From IMG/VR virus record IMGVR_UViG_3300024262_002316, positions 1,268-65,267 of that record: 64,000 bases of DNA. The stretch is one strand, 5' to 3'. The translations under genes were made by a program, and so were the position numbers. Positions 1-8,728 of this stretch are shown here, one piece after another; positions within the stretch are counted from its first letter, which is position 1; every line of letters starts with the position of its first letter. This DNA is from a virus (Duplodnaviria; Caudoviricetes). The notes below the pieces were generated by a model, which worked only from the letters and a program-made list of their open reading frames with translations, did not search any database and had not been told where the DNA came from.

Positions 1-474
1 GTCGTATATGCCGATGTTGACTATGCTTGGAGTAATGATGTTCTTGAAAAGCTTATAGATAAAATTGATTCAGATGACAACGATATGAATATTGTATCTG
101 CTTACAGTCTTCACGCTGACATAAAGCGCCCCCCTATGGAGCTTTACGACAAGTGGGCTACTAGGCATGAAAAAGAGCATGGGTGGTGGAGCTGTACTCC
201 TTATACTTTCCTATCTGAAGAAATTAAATTGTATTCTACTTTCAATGGTCTATGTGTATATGAGGCTAGTCCGTTTGTTGAGGGCCTCAGATTCTCTTCA
301 TCGTCTCAAGAATTTGAAGAAGACGTAGAGCATATTTCTATATGTGAAGGGTTCAGAGAACGTGGACTTGATTCTATTTGGATGATTAAAGCTGCACATG
401 TTCTACATTTTATGGACTGCAACAACTTCAAGCCCTGGCTAGAGCACCAGACTAAAAATACTACTAATGAATAG
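1..474 (+). CDS. Glycosyltransferase (GT-A, Anp1/CAP59-like), 5'-truncated by the window edge
   Basis: Frame 1 is open from base 1 (VVYADVDYAW, a DxD motif) and continues into the 85..474 ORF. STFNGLCVY and EHISIC motifs resemble Anp1/CAP59-type glycosyltransferases. Confidence 0.6.
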   Translation, partial: VVYADVDYAWSNDVLEKLIDKIDSDDNDMNIVSAYSLHADIKRPPMELYDKWATRHEKEHGWWSCTPYTFLSEEIKLYSTFNGLCVYEASPFVEGLRFSSSSQEFEEDVEHISICEGFRERGLDSIWMIKAAHVLHFMDCNNFKPWLEHQTKNTTNE

Positions 475-667
475 AAGAGGAAAAAAAGAAAGAGCAAGGT
501 TTGACCACAAAGGTGGTGCATTTGCAGATGGATTTAAGATTGGAGAAAAGGCTGCATTTTGTAAGATAAAAGAATTTCTTTCAAAAGAGAGTCGAGAAAA
601 CTTACCATTTGATGTAATACAGAATACATTAGACTATATAGAAAGTCAATTCAAGAATGATCGATAA
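467..667 (+). CDS. Hypothetical protein
   Basis: 66 aa ORF overlapping both neighbours in operon fashion. Confidence 0.55.
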   Translation: MNRRGKKERARFDHKGGAFADGFKIGEKAAFCKIKEFLSKESRENLPFDVIQNTLDYIESQFKNDR

Positions 668-2384
668 CTCCTTCCAACCTAAAACTGATGGACAAAGAAA
701 ATACATTCATAGCATAATTAATAACACTATTACATTCGCCACCGGCCCAGCCGGGACCGGGAAAACGATAATCGCAGTTAAGCTTGCAGTAGATGCCCTA
801 AAGAGTGGTGAGGTTAATAAGCTAATTCTATGTAGACCTGCCGTTGCTGCTGGCGAGAAGCTTGGATTTCTTCCTGGAGATATGGCTGCTAAAGTTGACC
901 CCTATCTAAGACCTATCTATGACTATCTCGAAGAGTTTCTGGGGGAAGACTACAGAACTTACGTTACTAGAAAGTACATTGAAGTAGCTCCTATAGCCTT
1001 TATGCGAGGGCGTGCTCAGCCAATGAATTCACTTATATCTACTAAAAATGGCTTTGTAAAGATGGGGTCTTTGAGTGTTGGTGATAAAATAACATCTTCA
1101 ACCGGAAGAGATCAAATAGTTACAGGAATATTCCCACAGGGTAAAAAAGATGTATATAAAATAACATTTTCTGATAATACTTCTTGCCTATCTACAGAGG
1201 ATCATCTTTGGAATGTAAAAACCAGAGAGGATTTTTCAAGATCTAAAGATTTTAGAACTATAACACTAAAAGAAATAATTGACGCTGGTGTGTGGCAAAA
1301 TAAACAGAGAAGGTTTGAAATTCCTATATTGTCTGGGCCAGCTCACTTTAATAAAAATGAATTAGAAATAGACCCATATGTGCTAGGAATTATATTGGGA
1401 GATGGATGCATATCGGGTAATGCTATCTCAATTACAAACAATGATAAAGAAATTTTTGATAATATTTCACTTAGACTAAATGAAGATTTTATTATATCTG
1501 AGCAAAACCCTGGACCTAAAAAAACTAAAACCTTCAATGTAATTAAATCTAATCACAACAATAGTTTTAAAAATGATATAAAGTCAAAATTAGAGTGTCT
1601 TGGACTAATGGGACTTAAATCATATGAAAAATTCATACCCGAAAAATACATTTATAGTGATGTAAGTGATAGATTAGACATACTAAGAGGTTTAATGGAC
1701 TCAGATGGTTCTATATATCGTGATAAAAAATTCAACAGAGTAGAATACTCCTCTACTTCTGAAAGATTGGCAGATGGTGTTATTAAGATAGTTGAGAGTT
1801 TGGGGGGCATCTGCTTTAAAAGAATTAGAACAAAGGAAAATAAAAAAGGTGGTATCGCAAATGGCCGACATGTTATTCATAGAAGAGATTCGTGGACAGT
1901 TGATATTAAACTTCCTGGTTCTATAAACCCATTCTTATTAAAAAGAAAGAGTGATATGTTTGAAAAAATGGGCACATCTACTCCTAGAAGATTTATATCT
2001 AATGTTGAATTAGTGGGAAGTGAAGAGTGTCAATGTATATCGGTGTCTTCCAATGATAAGCTTTATCTAACCGATAATTTCATAGTTACACATAACACTT
2101 TGAAGAAAGCTTTCATTCTAATGGACGAGGCTCAAAACTCTACTGTAGAGCAAATGAAGATGTTCCTTACTAGGTTGGGTGATGGCTCCAGAATGGTTAT
2201 CAATGGTGACATGACTCAAAACGATCTTAAAGAAGACCAAAGATCTGGGCTAGAACATGCTTCAGGGATTCTAAGAGGAATAAGTGGACTAGGTTGGGTA
2301 GATCTTAAGAGCTGTGATGTAGTGAGACACCCAATGGTTACTAAGATTGTAGAAGCCTATGATGAGAGAGATAAACCCCGCTAA
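657..2384 (+). CDS. phoH: PhoH-family ATPase containing an intein
   Basis: Motifs GPAGTGKT, RPAV..GEKLGFLPGD, FMRGR|T, DEAQN, GDxxQxD and VVRHP. Confidence 0.95.
   Translation: MIDNSFQPKTDGQRKYIHSIINNTITFATGPAGTGKTIIAVKLAVDALKSGEVNKLILCRPAVAAGEKLGFLPGDMAAKVDPYLRPIYDYLEEFLGEDYRTYVTRKYIEVAPIAFMRGRAQPMNSLISTKNGFVKMGSLSVGDKITSSTGRDQIVTGIFPQGKKDVYKITFSDNTSCLSTEDHLWNVKTREDFSRSKDFRTITLKEIIDAGVWQNKQRRFEIPILSGPAHFNKNELEIDPYVLGIILGDGCISGNAISITNNDKEIFDNISLRLNEDFIISEQNPGPKKTKTFNVIKSNHNNSFKNDIKSKLECLGLMGLKSYEKFIPEKYIYSDVSDRLDILRGLMDSDGSIYRDKKFNRVEYSSTSERLADGVIKIVESLGGICFKRIRTKENKKGGIANGRHVIHRRDSWTVDIKLPGSINPFLLKRKSDMFEKMGTSTPRRFISNVELVGSEECQCISVSSNDKLYLTDNFIVTHNTLKKAFILMDEAQNSTVEQMKMFLTRLGDGSRMVINGDMTQNDLKEDQRSGLEHASGILRGISGLGWVDLKSCDVVRHPMVTKIVEAYDERDKPR
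1014..2096 (+). mobile_element. Class 3 (Ala1, WCT) intein with LAGLIDADG endonuclease in PhoH, 361 aa
   Basis: Starts AQPMNS after RGR and ends IVTHN|T. Block B is TEDHLW and block F is ECQCISV. LAGLIDADG motifs LGIILGDG and LRGLMDSDG. Confidence 0.9.
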
Positions 2385-2791
2385 TGTCGCGCTTCTCTGC
2401 CAATTGGATAGTAGAAGCATACACGACCTTTAGACTCTCACTTGAGCAGATATCGGATATTGCTGAAAAAGAAGAAATGTACATCCAGGCCCTCCTTGAA
2501 AAAAGAGGAGTTCTAGGCGGAAACTCTAAAAAACTCAAAAAAGTCAGTTTGAGGAAAAGAAATAAAATAGCTTCTTTGATTTATTTAGGTAATAAGTGCA
2601 AAATATGCAAATATAGCAAGTGTGAGGCTGCTCTAGAGTTTCATCATATCCACATGAAAGATAAGAGCTACAACATTTCTTCTGGCTTTAATCGCCCCTG
2701 GGCAGAGCTTAAGAGGGAATTAGATAAATGCATGATTGTCTGCTGCAACTGTCATAAAGAAATACACTACAAGAAAAAGGGGCTTATATGA
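2384..2791 (+). CDS. HNH endonuclease
   Basis: CKIC...LEFHH...KCMIVCCNCHKEIH. Confidence 0.85.
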   Translation: MSRFSANWIVEAYTTFRLSLEQISDIAEKEEMYIQALLEKRGVLGGNSKKLKKVSLRKRNKIASLIYLGNKCKICKYSKCEAALEFHHIHMKDKSYNISSGFNRPWAELKRELDKCMIVCCNCHKEIHYKKKGLI

Positions 2792-3582
2792 ATTGGAAAG
2801 GTATTCCATTAAAAGAAAGATCTATTAAATTCAAAGAATTGTCACTGGGGGCGTCTCATCAAGATAAATTGAATTTAATGGAAAATATGTACAAAGATGA
2901 GGCTATCTATATAGTGTCCTGTGGCCCATCTCTGGCTGACATACCCAAAGAGAAACTATTGGAAAAATTAGGTGACAAGCCTGTATTAACTATAAAACAA
3001 GCATTTGGAAAAGTTGGGGATGTATCAGATATACATCATTTTAACTGTAACAACTTCACAAATTACGATCTTAAAAACACCGTCTCAGTGGCTTCTGCTG
3101 GAAACAGCTCTCTAGACGGTATGCGGAAGTCACTTTGGGGTAACATTGAAGTAGATTTATTTTTTCCAGTTATAAACAATGGCAGAACTGTTTGCCACGA
3201 TAACAACTGGGAGGAAAACACTTATGCTAATAACCCACTCATGAGGCAATGGGGTCCGGGCACACTTCAAGAGACCGCCATATTTACTGCCGTACACACT
3301 GGGGCAAAACACATAGGCTTAATTGGTATAGATTTCGGGCCAATAGAGTGGGACGAATCGAAAGACGGCATATATCTACCACACTTCTATGACTCTGAAA
3401 ATGACCAAAAGCCAGGAAACTCCCCAAAAGGACAATTATTTCATGGTGAAAATAGATTAGTAATAGAGGGTACAAGGCAAATAAAAGAATGGTTAGATTC
3501 AAAGAAGATTAGTATTACTGTTGATAGTAATGGTAGTCATGTTCATGAATCAATAAATAGGGATTTTTGGCTATATGAATAA
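2788..3582 (+). CDS. DUF115/Maf/CstII-like glycosyltransferase-fold protein (putative CMP-ulosonate transferase)
   Basis: IYIVSCGPSL near the N-terminus and GAKHIGLIGIDF...HFY match the GNGPSL and GxKEIYLxGIDF motifs of the GT42/Maf/MptE-like fold. Confidence 0.65.
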   Translation: MNWKGIPLKERSIKFKELSLGASHQDKLNLMENMYKDEAIYIVSCGPSLADIPKEKLLEKLGDKPVLTIKQAFGKVGDVSDIHHFNCNNFTNYDLKNTVSVASAGNSSLDGMRKSLWGNIEVDLFFPVINNGRTVCHDNNWEENTYANNPLMRQWGPGTLQETAIFTAVHTGAKHIGLIGIDFGPIEWDESKDGIYLPHFYDSENDQKPGNSPKGQLFHGENRLVIEGTRQIKEWLDSKKISITVDSNGSHVHESINRDFWLYE

Positions 3583-3628
3583 CGAAAACCGTTTTAATGT
3601 TAGACCCCAGTAGAAATAGAGTAACAAA

Positions 3629-4378
3629 GTGAAACAATTGAAAACTTCTTTAGAAGAATTAAAAAAATTAGGAGTCGTAGGTGTTAAGCAGTCTACCGAA
3701 GACGAGGGCGCAGCATACGAAGATATAGCTTTAATTAGAGATATTTCTAGAAGCTGTGGATTAAAATTAAATATCAAAATTGGAGGCTGTGAAGCTAAAA
3801 CGGACATTTCTTTTTGTAATTCCATTAAAGTAGATGGAATTGTTGCTCCAATGATTGAATCAGAATTTGCGTTACAAAAATTTACAGAAAGCATATGTTG
3901 CATAGAAGATGCTGACTTCTACATAAATATAGAAAGCAGTACAGCAGTTGACAATCTTAATAAGATTTTAGAATCAAATTATTTCAATACTTTAAATGGG
4001 GTTGTTATAGGGCGAACTGATTTAGCTAAATCTTATGGATATGAAAAAGGAATGGTAGATTCCCCAGAAATGCAAAACAAGGTATACGATATCTTGAAAA
4101 CCTGTAGTAAAAAATCTCCCACCATGATAATAGGTGGCAACATTAATAAACAAAGTATTCCTTTTATTGAAAAGCTATATCGTGAGAATCTGTTACATTT
4201 CATAGAAACCAGAAACATTATTATTGATTTAAAAAAAGCTTTTGATAATGACTTAGAGGCAGTAATCAAAAAAGCTCTTATTTTTGAGTCTCTTTGGTTA
4301 GAATTTAAAGCGAATAAGTATTTAATGCAAGGAAAAGAATATATGGATAGGGCAAAACAAATTAGAGGAAGAATATGA
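3629..4378 (+). CDS. HpcH/HpaI aldolase/citrate-lyase family protein
   Basis: KIGGCEA, GIVAPMIES, INIES and IGRTDL motifs. Confidence 0.75.
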   Translation: MKQLKTSLEELKKLGVVGVKQSTEDEGAAYEDIALIRDISRSCGLKLNIKIGGCEAKTDISFCNSIKVDGIVAPMIESEFALQKFTESICCIEDADFYINIESSTAVDNLNKILESNYFNTLNGVVIGRTDLAKSYGYEKGMVDSPEMQNKVYDILKTCSKKSPTMIIGGNINKQSIPFIEKLYRENLLHFIETRNIIIDLKKAFDNDLEAVIKKALIFESLWLEFKANKYLMQGKEYMDRAKQIRGRI

Positions 4379-5523
4379 ATAACAGATATGAACTTTTAAA
4401 AAATTGGCTACTATCAGGCAACTGCTTTAAGATGATTTGTGGAGCAGGAAATGAAGACATAGTTCATGTAGAAAAACTATCTTTTATTTACACGCTTGCA
4501 GGAGCTAAGATTCTAGACGTTTCTGCAAACACATCAGTTGTAAAGGCTGCTAAAAAAGGGATTGATTCTGCCCTTAGTTTTGCTGAACGCGAAAATATAA
4601 ACACAATAGAACGTCCCTTCATTATGGTTAGCATTGGTATGCCAGGAGATCATCATGTTAGAAAATCATACATTGATCCAAATACATGTGTTAGCTGTAA
4701 ACTGTGTATACCAGTTTGCCCAACGGAGGCAATACCAACAGACTTTGTAGGGAGATTAGATTATTTTAAGTCTTTAAACGGCTCTTTGGATGAAGAAGAC
4801 CAGGATAAAGAAATTGTTATCAAAGATTTATGTATAGGTTGTGGAAAATGTAGTGCAATTTGTCCAAAACCAGGCATTATTTCTTACAGGCATAATCATA
4901 GGGAATTAGAAAAATTGTTGCCAGAATGTCTTGAAGCTGGTGCTGAGCTTTTTGAGCTTCATGCAGCAATAGATGACGATGAGCAAACCTTGAAAGAGTG
5001 GAAAATAATAAACGATATTAATTCTACTAATTATAACTCTATTTGTTTGGATAGGCTTAATTTGGGAAACATACATTTAGAACATCGTATTGCAGAAGTG
5101 AAAAAACTTTGCGATGACAGGCTAATTGTTCAAGCAGATGGATATCCTATGAGTGGAGGAGAGGACGACTATAATACTACTCTCCAAGCTGTTGCTTGCG
5201 CTGATGTTATTAATAAAAAATTTAATATGAAGAACAATACAAAACGCATAGTAGATAAGGTTGGAAGAACTAAAATATCTTCTAAGAAAAAATATAAAAA
5301 ATCTACATCTGTTCCTATAATATTATCTGGGGGGACAAATTCTTTTTCAAAAGAGCTTGCAGACAAAACAGAGGTTAGTATTAATGGGGTAGCCATAGGA
5401 ACATTTGCTAGAGATATTGTTCAAGAGTTTATAGAACCTGATGGCTTTCTTGATAATAAAGAAAAAATCATGTTAGCATATAATGTTGCTAGAGAGTTAG
5501 TAAAAAGGAATACTAATGAATAA
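4375..5523 (+). CDS. LdpA-like iron-sulfur protein (two 4Fe-4S motifs plus LdpA C-terminal domain)
   Basis: FKMICGAGNED..YTLAGA, CVSCKLCIPVCP, CIGCGKCSAICP, ELH, QADGYPMSGG, LSGGTN and GVAIGTFAR resemble cyanobacterial LdpA. Confidence 0.75.
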   Translation: MNNRYELLKNWLLSGNCFKMICGAGNEDIVHVEKLSFIYTLAGAKILDVSANTSVVKAAKKGIDSALSFAERENINTIERPFIMVSIGMPGDHHVRKSYIDPNTCVSCKLCIPVCPTEAIPTDFVGRLDYFKSLNGSLDEEDQDKEIVIKDLCIGCGKCSAICPKPGIISYRHNHRELEKLLPECLEAGAELFELHAAIDDDEQTLKEWKIINDINSTNYNSICLDRLNLGNIHLEHRIAEVKKLCDDRLIVQADGYPMSGGEDDYNTTLQAVACADVINKKFNMKNNTKRIVDKVGRTKISSKKKYKKSTSVPIILSGGTNSFSKELADKTEVSINGVAIGTFARDIVQEFIEPDGFLDNKEKIMLAYNVARELVKRNTNE

Positions 5524-5896
5524 TAATAAGTTGATCATAGCAGTAGATTTTGATGGAACTTTGTGCGAGTTCTCATTTCCCGACATAGGGGAACAAAAGG
5601 AAAAGCATAAAGCTTTAATGGATAGATTGATACAATTAAAAAACGAGGGTCACAAGCTCATCTTATGGACTAATAGAGGTGACAATGAAGAATACCCAGT
5701 ATTGACCGAGGCTATTGAATGGTGCAAGGAAAAAGGATTAGAGTTTGATTCTGTTAATGAGAATTTGCCTAATCAAAAAAAGCTATCTGGCTACAGCCCA
5801 AAGATTATGGCCGATGTTTACATTGATGATAAAGCCCTAGAGTTTAATAACAGCGATTCTATCAAAAAAACCTTAGATTTTTTAGCGAATTTATAA
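5516..5896 (+). CDS. HAD-superfamily phosphatase (capsule-biosynthesis/BT0820-like)
   Basis: IAVDFDGT, LWTNR and K..ADVYIDDK motifs. Confidence 0.85.
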   Translation: MNNNKLIIAVDFDGTLCEFSFPDIGEQKEKHKALMDRLIQLKNEGHKLILWTNRGDNEEYPVLTEAIEWCKEKGLEFDSVNENLPNQKKLSGYSPKIMADVYIDDKALEFNNSDSIKKTLDFLANL

Positions 5897-6633
5897 TGAA
5901 TATAAAAGATAAATTAAAATCTGGCGAGAACGTATATGGTACATGGTGTGTAATTCCATCACCTGAAGTTGTTAATGTAATATCAAAATCTGGACTAGAT
6001 TTTATTATTGTTGATATGGAGCATGGGCCTATGGATCATGTTACAGCTCAACGTATGGTTACATCTACTCAATCTGAAAAATGCAACGCTATTGTTAGGG
6101 TTCCAAGTAATAATGAGTCAGATATATTAAAGTCATTAGATATTGGTTCGGATGGTATAATAATACCTCATGTTAATACAGTTGAAGATGTACAAAAGTG
6201 CGTAAGTTATTCTAAATACTCACCAATAGGGAATAGAGGCTATACCCCTTACACTAGATCTGGTGGATATCACAATAAAGTTGACTACAAAAATAAAGAA
6301 AATGAAAAAGGTTTTGTCGGGGTGATTCTTGAGAGTACAGAGGGTCTTAGTAATATTAGCTCAATAGTTGACAATGAACATGTGGACATGGTTTACATTG
6401 GAGCCTATGACCTGTCTGCTAGTTTAGGTTGTTCTGTAAATGACAAGAAAGTTCTGGATGAACTTGAAAGATGTGCCGAAATAACTAGAAATGCTAACAA
6501 GTCAATTGGCTGCTTGTTTCATGATCAAAAAGAATTAAATCTTTTTAAGAACATGGGAGTAAACTTTTTGGTCTATGGAGTAGACAGCTCTGTATTGTAT
6601 AATGGGTTTTCAGAAATTAAAAAATGGAGGTAG
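5896..6633 (+). CDS. HpcH/HpaI class II 2-keto-3-deoxy-acid aldolase
   Basis: DFIIVDMEHG, VRVP, IIPHV, YSPIGNRG and IGAYDLS motifs. Confidence 0.9.
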   Translation: MNIKDKLKSGENVYGTWCVIPSPEVVNVISKSGLDFIIVDMEHGPMDHVTAQRMVTSTQSEKCNAIVRVPSNNESDILKSLDIGSDGIIIPHVNTVEDVQKCVSYSKYSPIGNRGYTPYTRSGGYHNKVDYKNKENEKGFVGVILESTEGLSNISSIVDNEHVDMVYIGAYDLSASLGCSVNDKKVLDELERCAEITRNANKSIGCLFHDQKELNLFKNMGVNFLVYGVDSSVLYNGFSEIKKWR

Positions 6634-6639
6634 ATAACA

Positions 6640-7398
6640 ATGTTTGACAAAAAAGTCGTAGTTATTATACCATCTAGGTATAAATCTACTAGATTTCCCG
6701 GTAAACCTTTAGTGGACATACTAGGAAAGCCTATGGTTATTAGGGTAGCAGAATCATCAGCAGAAGCAGTTGGCAAAGATAGCGTCTATGTAGCAACAGA
6801 TGACAAGAGAATAGGGGAAAGGGCAATAGAACACGGATTCAATGTAATATACACATCAGAAGAATGTTTAACGGGAACTGACAGGGTGGCAGAAGCTTCT
6901 TTGGATATAGATGCGGATGTAATTGTTAATGTTCAGGGAGATGAAGTTTTGCTGGACCCTAGTAATATATTGAAGGTCATTAAAGAAAAAATAAATAGTG
7001 AAAACTCAGTAGTGACCTGTATGGCGAAATTAACACCTTCAGAAGATCCAGGCGATTTAAAAACATGTAAAGTGGTTACTAATCTAAAAAAAGAACTAAT
7101 GTATGCATCAAGAGCCCCTATTCCTTCAAGCAAGAGTGGCATCGTTGAAAATGCCTACAAGCAAATATGTGTATATGCTTTTAATAAAAAACAGCTTAAA
7201 GATTACTACGATAAAGGGAAGCAACAAGGCAAGACGCCATGTGAGTATTCTGAAGACATAGAGATTATTCGTTTTTTAGAGATGGGAATAAAAGTAAAAA
7301 TGGTTGAAGTTGAGGGTGGAACTTTGGCTGTTGATTTCCCTGAAGACGTAAAAGAAGTAGAAAAAATACTTAAGTCGAAAGATTCGATGTATAAATGA
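6640..7398 (+). CDS. kdsB: KdsB-like 3-deoxy-ulosonate cytidylyltransferase (CMP-Kdo synthetase family)
   Basis: IPSRYKSTRFPGKPL, VATDD, TGTDR, NVQGDE, YASRAPIP and EDIEIIRFLE motifs. Confidence 0.9.
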   Translation: MFDKKVVVIIPSRYKSTRFPGKPLVDILGKPMVIRVAESSAEAVGKDSVYVATDDKRIGERAIEHGFNVIYTSEECLTGTDRVAEASLDIDADVIVNVQGDEVLLDPSNILKVIKEKINSENSVVTCMAKLTPSEDPGDLKTCKVVTNLKKELMYASRAPIPSSKSGIVENAYKQICVYAFNKKQLKDYYDKGKQQGKTPCEYSEDIEIIRFLEMGIKVKMVEVEGGTLAVDFPEDVKEVEKILKSKDSMYK

Positions 7399-7619
7399 AG
7401 ATAAGCAGATTTCTTAATCTTATTCCATATTACAAGAATAAAGCAAAAAAAGAAGAGAATAAGGTTAGGGTTCACAACCTAATAGATGATATTGATGATC
7501 AATTTTGTGAAATAAAAAGTAAACTAGCTATGGGCTCTATTGATGAAGATCAAGCTGTTGAGGATATTGTTCTTTTAATGAAACACTTTTTAGATAACTC
7601 TAACAATCAAGGTATCTAG
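7395..7619 (+). CDS. Hypothetical protein
   Basis: 74 aa ORF with ATGA overlap to kdsB; last gene of the + strand operon. Confidence 0.5.
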   Translation: MKISRFLNLIPYYKNKAKKEENKVRVHNLIDDIDDQFCEIKSKLAMGSIDEDQAVEDIVLLMKHFLDNSNNQGI

Positions 7620-8022
7620 TTAGTCTGATTTTCTTCTTTTTTCCCTCGGTACAATGGCATAAGAATTCATCTAATGTTTCAATAGAATGATCGAAGCAGA
7701 TATAGACTAATTTTCCTCTATCTGATTTAGTAGGAATATCGAGAGCCCCGAAAGTTGGAGAGCATATCTGAATGTTCATAGATTCCAACTCTATTACAAT
7801 GTCAAACAACCTATCTTCTATCAAGTTAAAGTAAAAGAGAAGGCTGTCCCTGAGGTGGGTGGCCTTCTCTTTTTTGTTTCGGTCTTTTATCTTCTCAGTT
7901 TCTATCGAAGAAAGCTTATCACTTAGTAGCTCTAATTTGCCAAAAAGATCCTCTACAAACCAAGAATAGTGCTTCAGTAAGGGAAGCATTTGCTTTACTT
8001 GCTCTGTGGTGTAAACAAACAT
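7600..8022 (-). CDS. DUF2203-like protein
   Basis: YTTEQVKQMLPLL N-terminus, coiled coil and GALDIP...VYICF C-terminal motif. Confidence 0.55.
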   Translation of the reverse strand: MFVYTTEQVKQMLPLLKHYSWFVEDLFGKLELLSDKLSSIETEKIKDRNKKEKATHLRDSLLFYFNLIEDRLFDIVIELESMNIQICSPTFGALDIPTKSDRGKLVYICFDHSIETLDEFLCHCTEGKKKKIRLTRYLDC

Positions 8023-8027
8023 GGGTC

Positions 8028-8696
8028 TTATGCACCAAAATTAAAGACACACCCAAGTCTGCCCGTTAGAGCACCACTTGTAGTTGCTGTCGCAGATAAT
8101 CCTAATGCAAAATAATGATCTGTTGCTAGAGAATAGCCATTTCCTACGGTGTGAGGATTAAGAGCTAAAGAAGAGCCAGATCCATTAATTGATGGCCACG
8201 AAGATTGTAAACATCCGTCTTTGTCATATTCGACGGCATAGAACGTTGCCCCGCTTGGGGCGGCTGTTACAGTGATTCCGTCATCCATCCAGATTTCCGC
8301 CGAGTTAACAAGAAAAACAGAGGCGTCATCGCTTGATAGTTTAACGAAAACAGTGCCAGAGGGCCTAAGTGTAAAGTCTGGAAGAGAACCTGAAACTACT
8401 CCGGTTATTCCGGCTAAAGATCCTGAGTATGCTACGGATCCACCTGAGTGAGCAGTAATAGCTACACCTGTGCTTGATATTCTTTTATTGTTTACTAGTT
8501 GTCCAGATGTGCCAGCACTTCCAGCTACGGATCCAGCATCATCAGATATCCAAGTAGTATCTTGGAAAAACCCTGAGACAACACCGGCTCCAGATGTGGA
8601 AGCAGAAAATCTAAAATGATCAAATGTGCCAGAGCCTAGTTCTGCTATTGATACACCTGTTAGTGAACTATGAAAAAATTCTACATTAACAGCCAT
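8028..8696 (-). CDS. Putative virion structural protein (SG-rich)
   Basis: Ser/Gly/Thr-rich beta protein at the end of the tail operon, with a GGAGG RBS and its own CGTATA motif. Confidence 0.6.
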   Translation of the reverse strand: MAVNVEFFHSSLTGVSIAELGSGTFDHFRFSASTSGAGVVSGFFQDTTWISDDAGSVAGSAGTSGQLVNNKRISSTGVAITAHSGGSVAYSGSLAGITGVVSGSLPDFTLRPSGTVFVKLSSDDASVFLVNSAEIWMDDGITVTAAPSGATFYAVEYDKDGCLQSSWPSINGSGSSLALNPHTVGNGYSLATDHYFALGLSATATTSGALTGRLGCVFNFGA

Positions 8697-8720
8697 AGTT
8701 ACCTCCTTTACCTATTCTAT

Positions 8721-8726
8721 TATACG
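8721..8726 (-). promoter_or_regulatory. CGTATA putative late-promoter motif
   Basis: CGTATAATAG upstream of 8696. Confidence 0.5.
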
Positions 8727-8728
8727 TT

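Noticed and set aside
4375-5523. Phage manipulation of a cyanobacterial circadian clock via LdpA
   Set aside because: No other cyanophage or clock markers are in the window, and the operon context points to sugar metabolism. The host cannot be assigned from this window.
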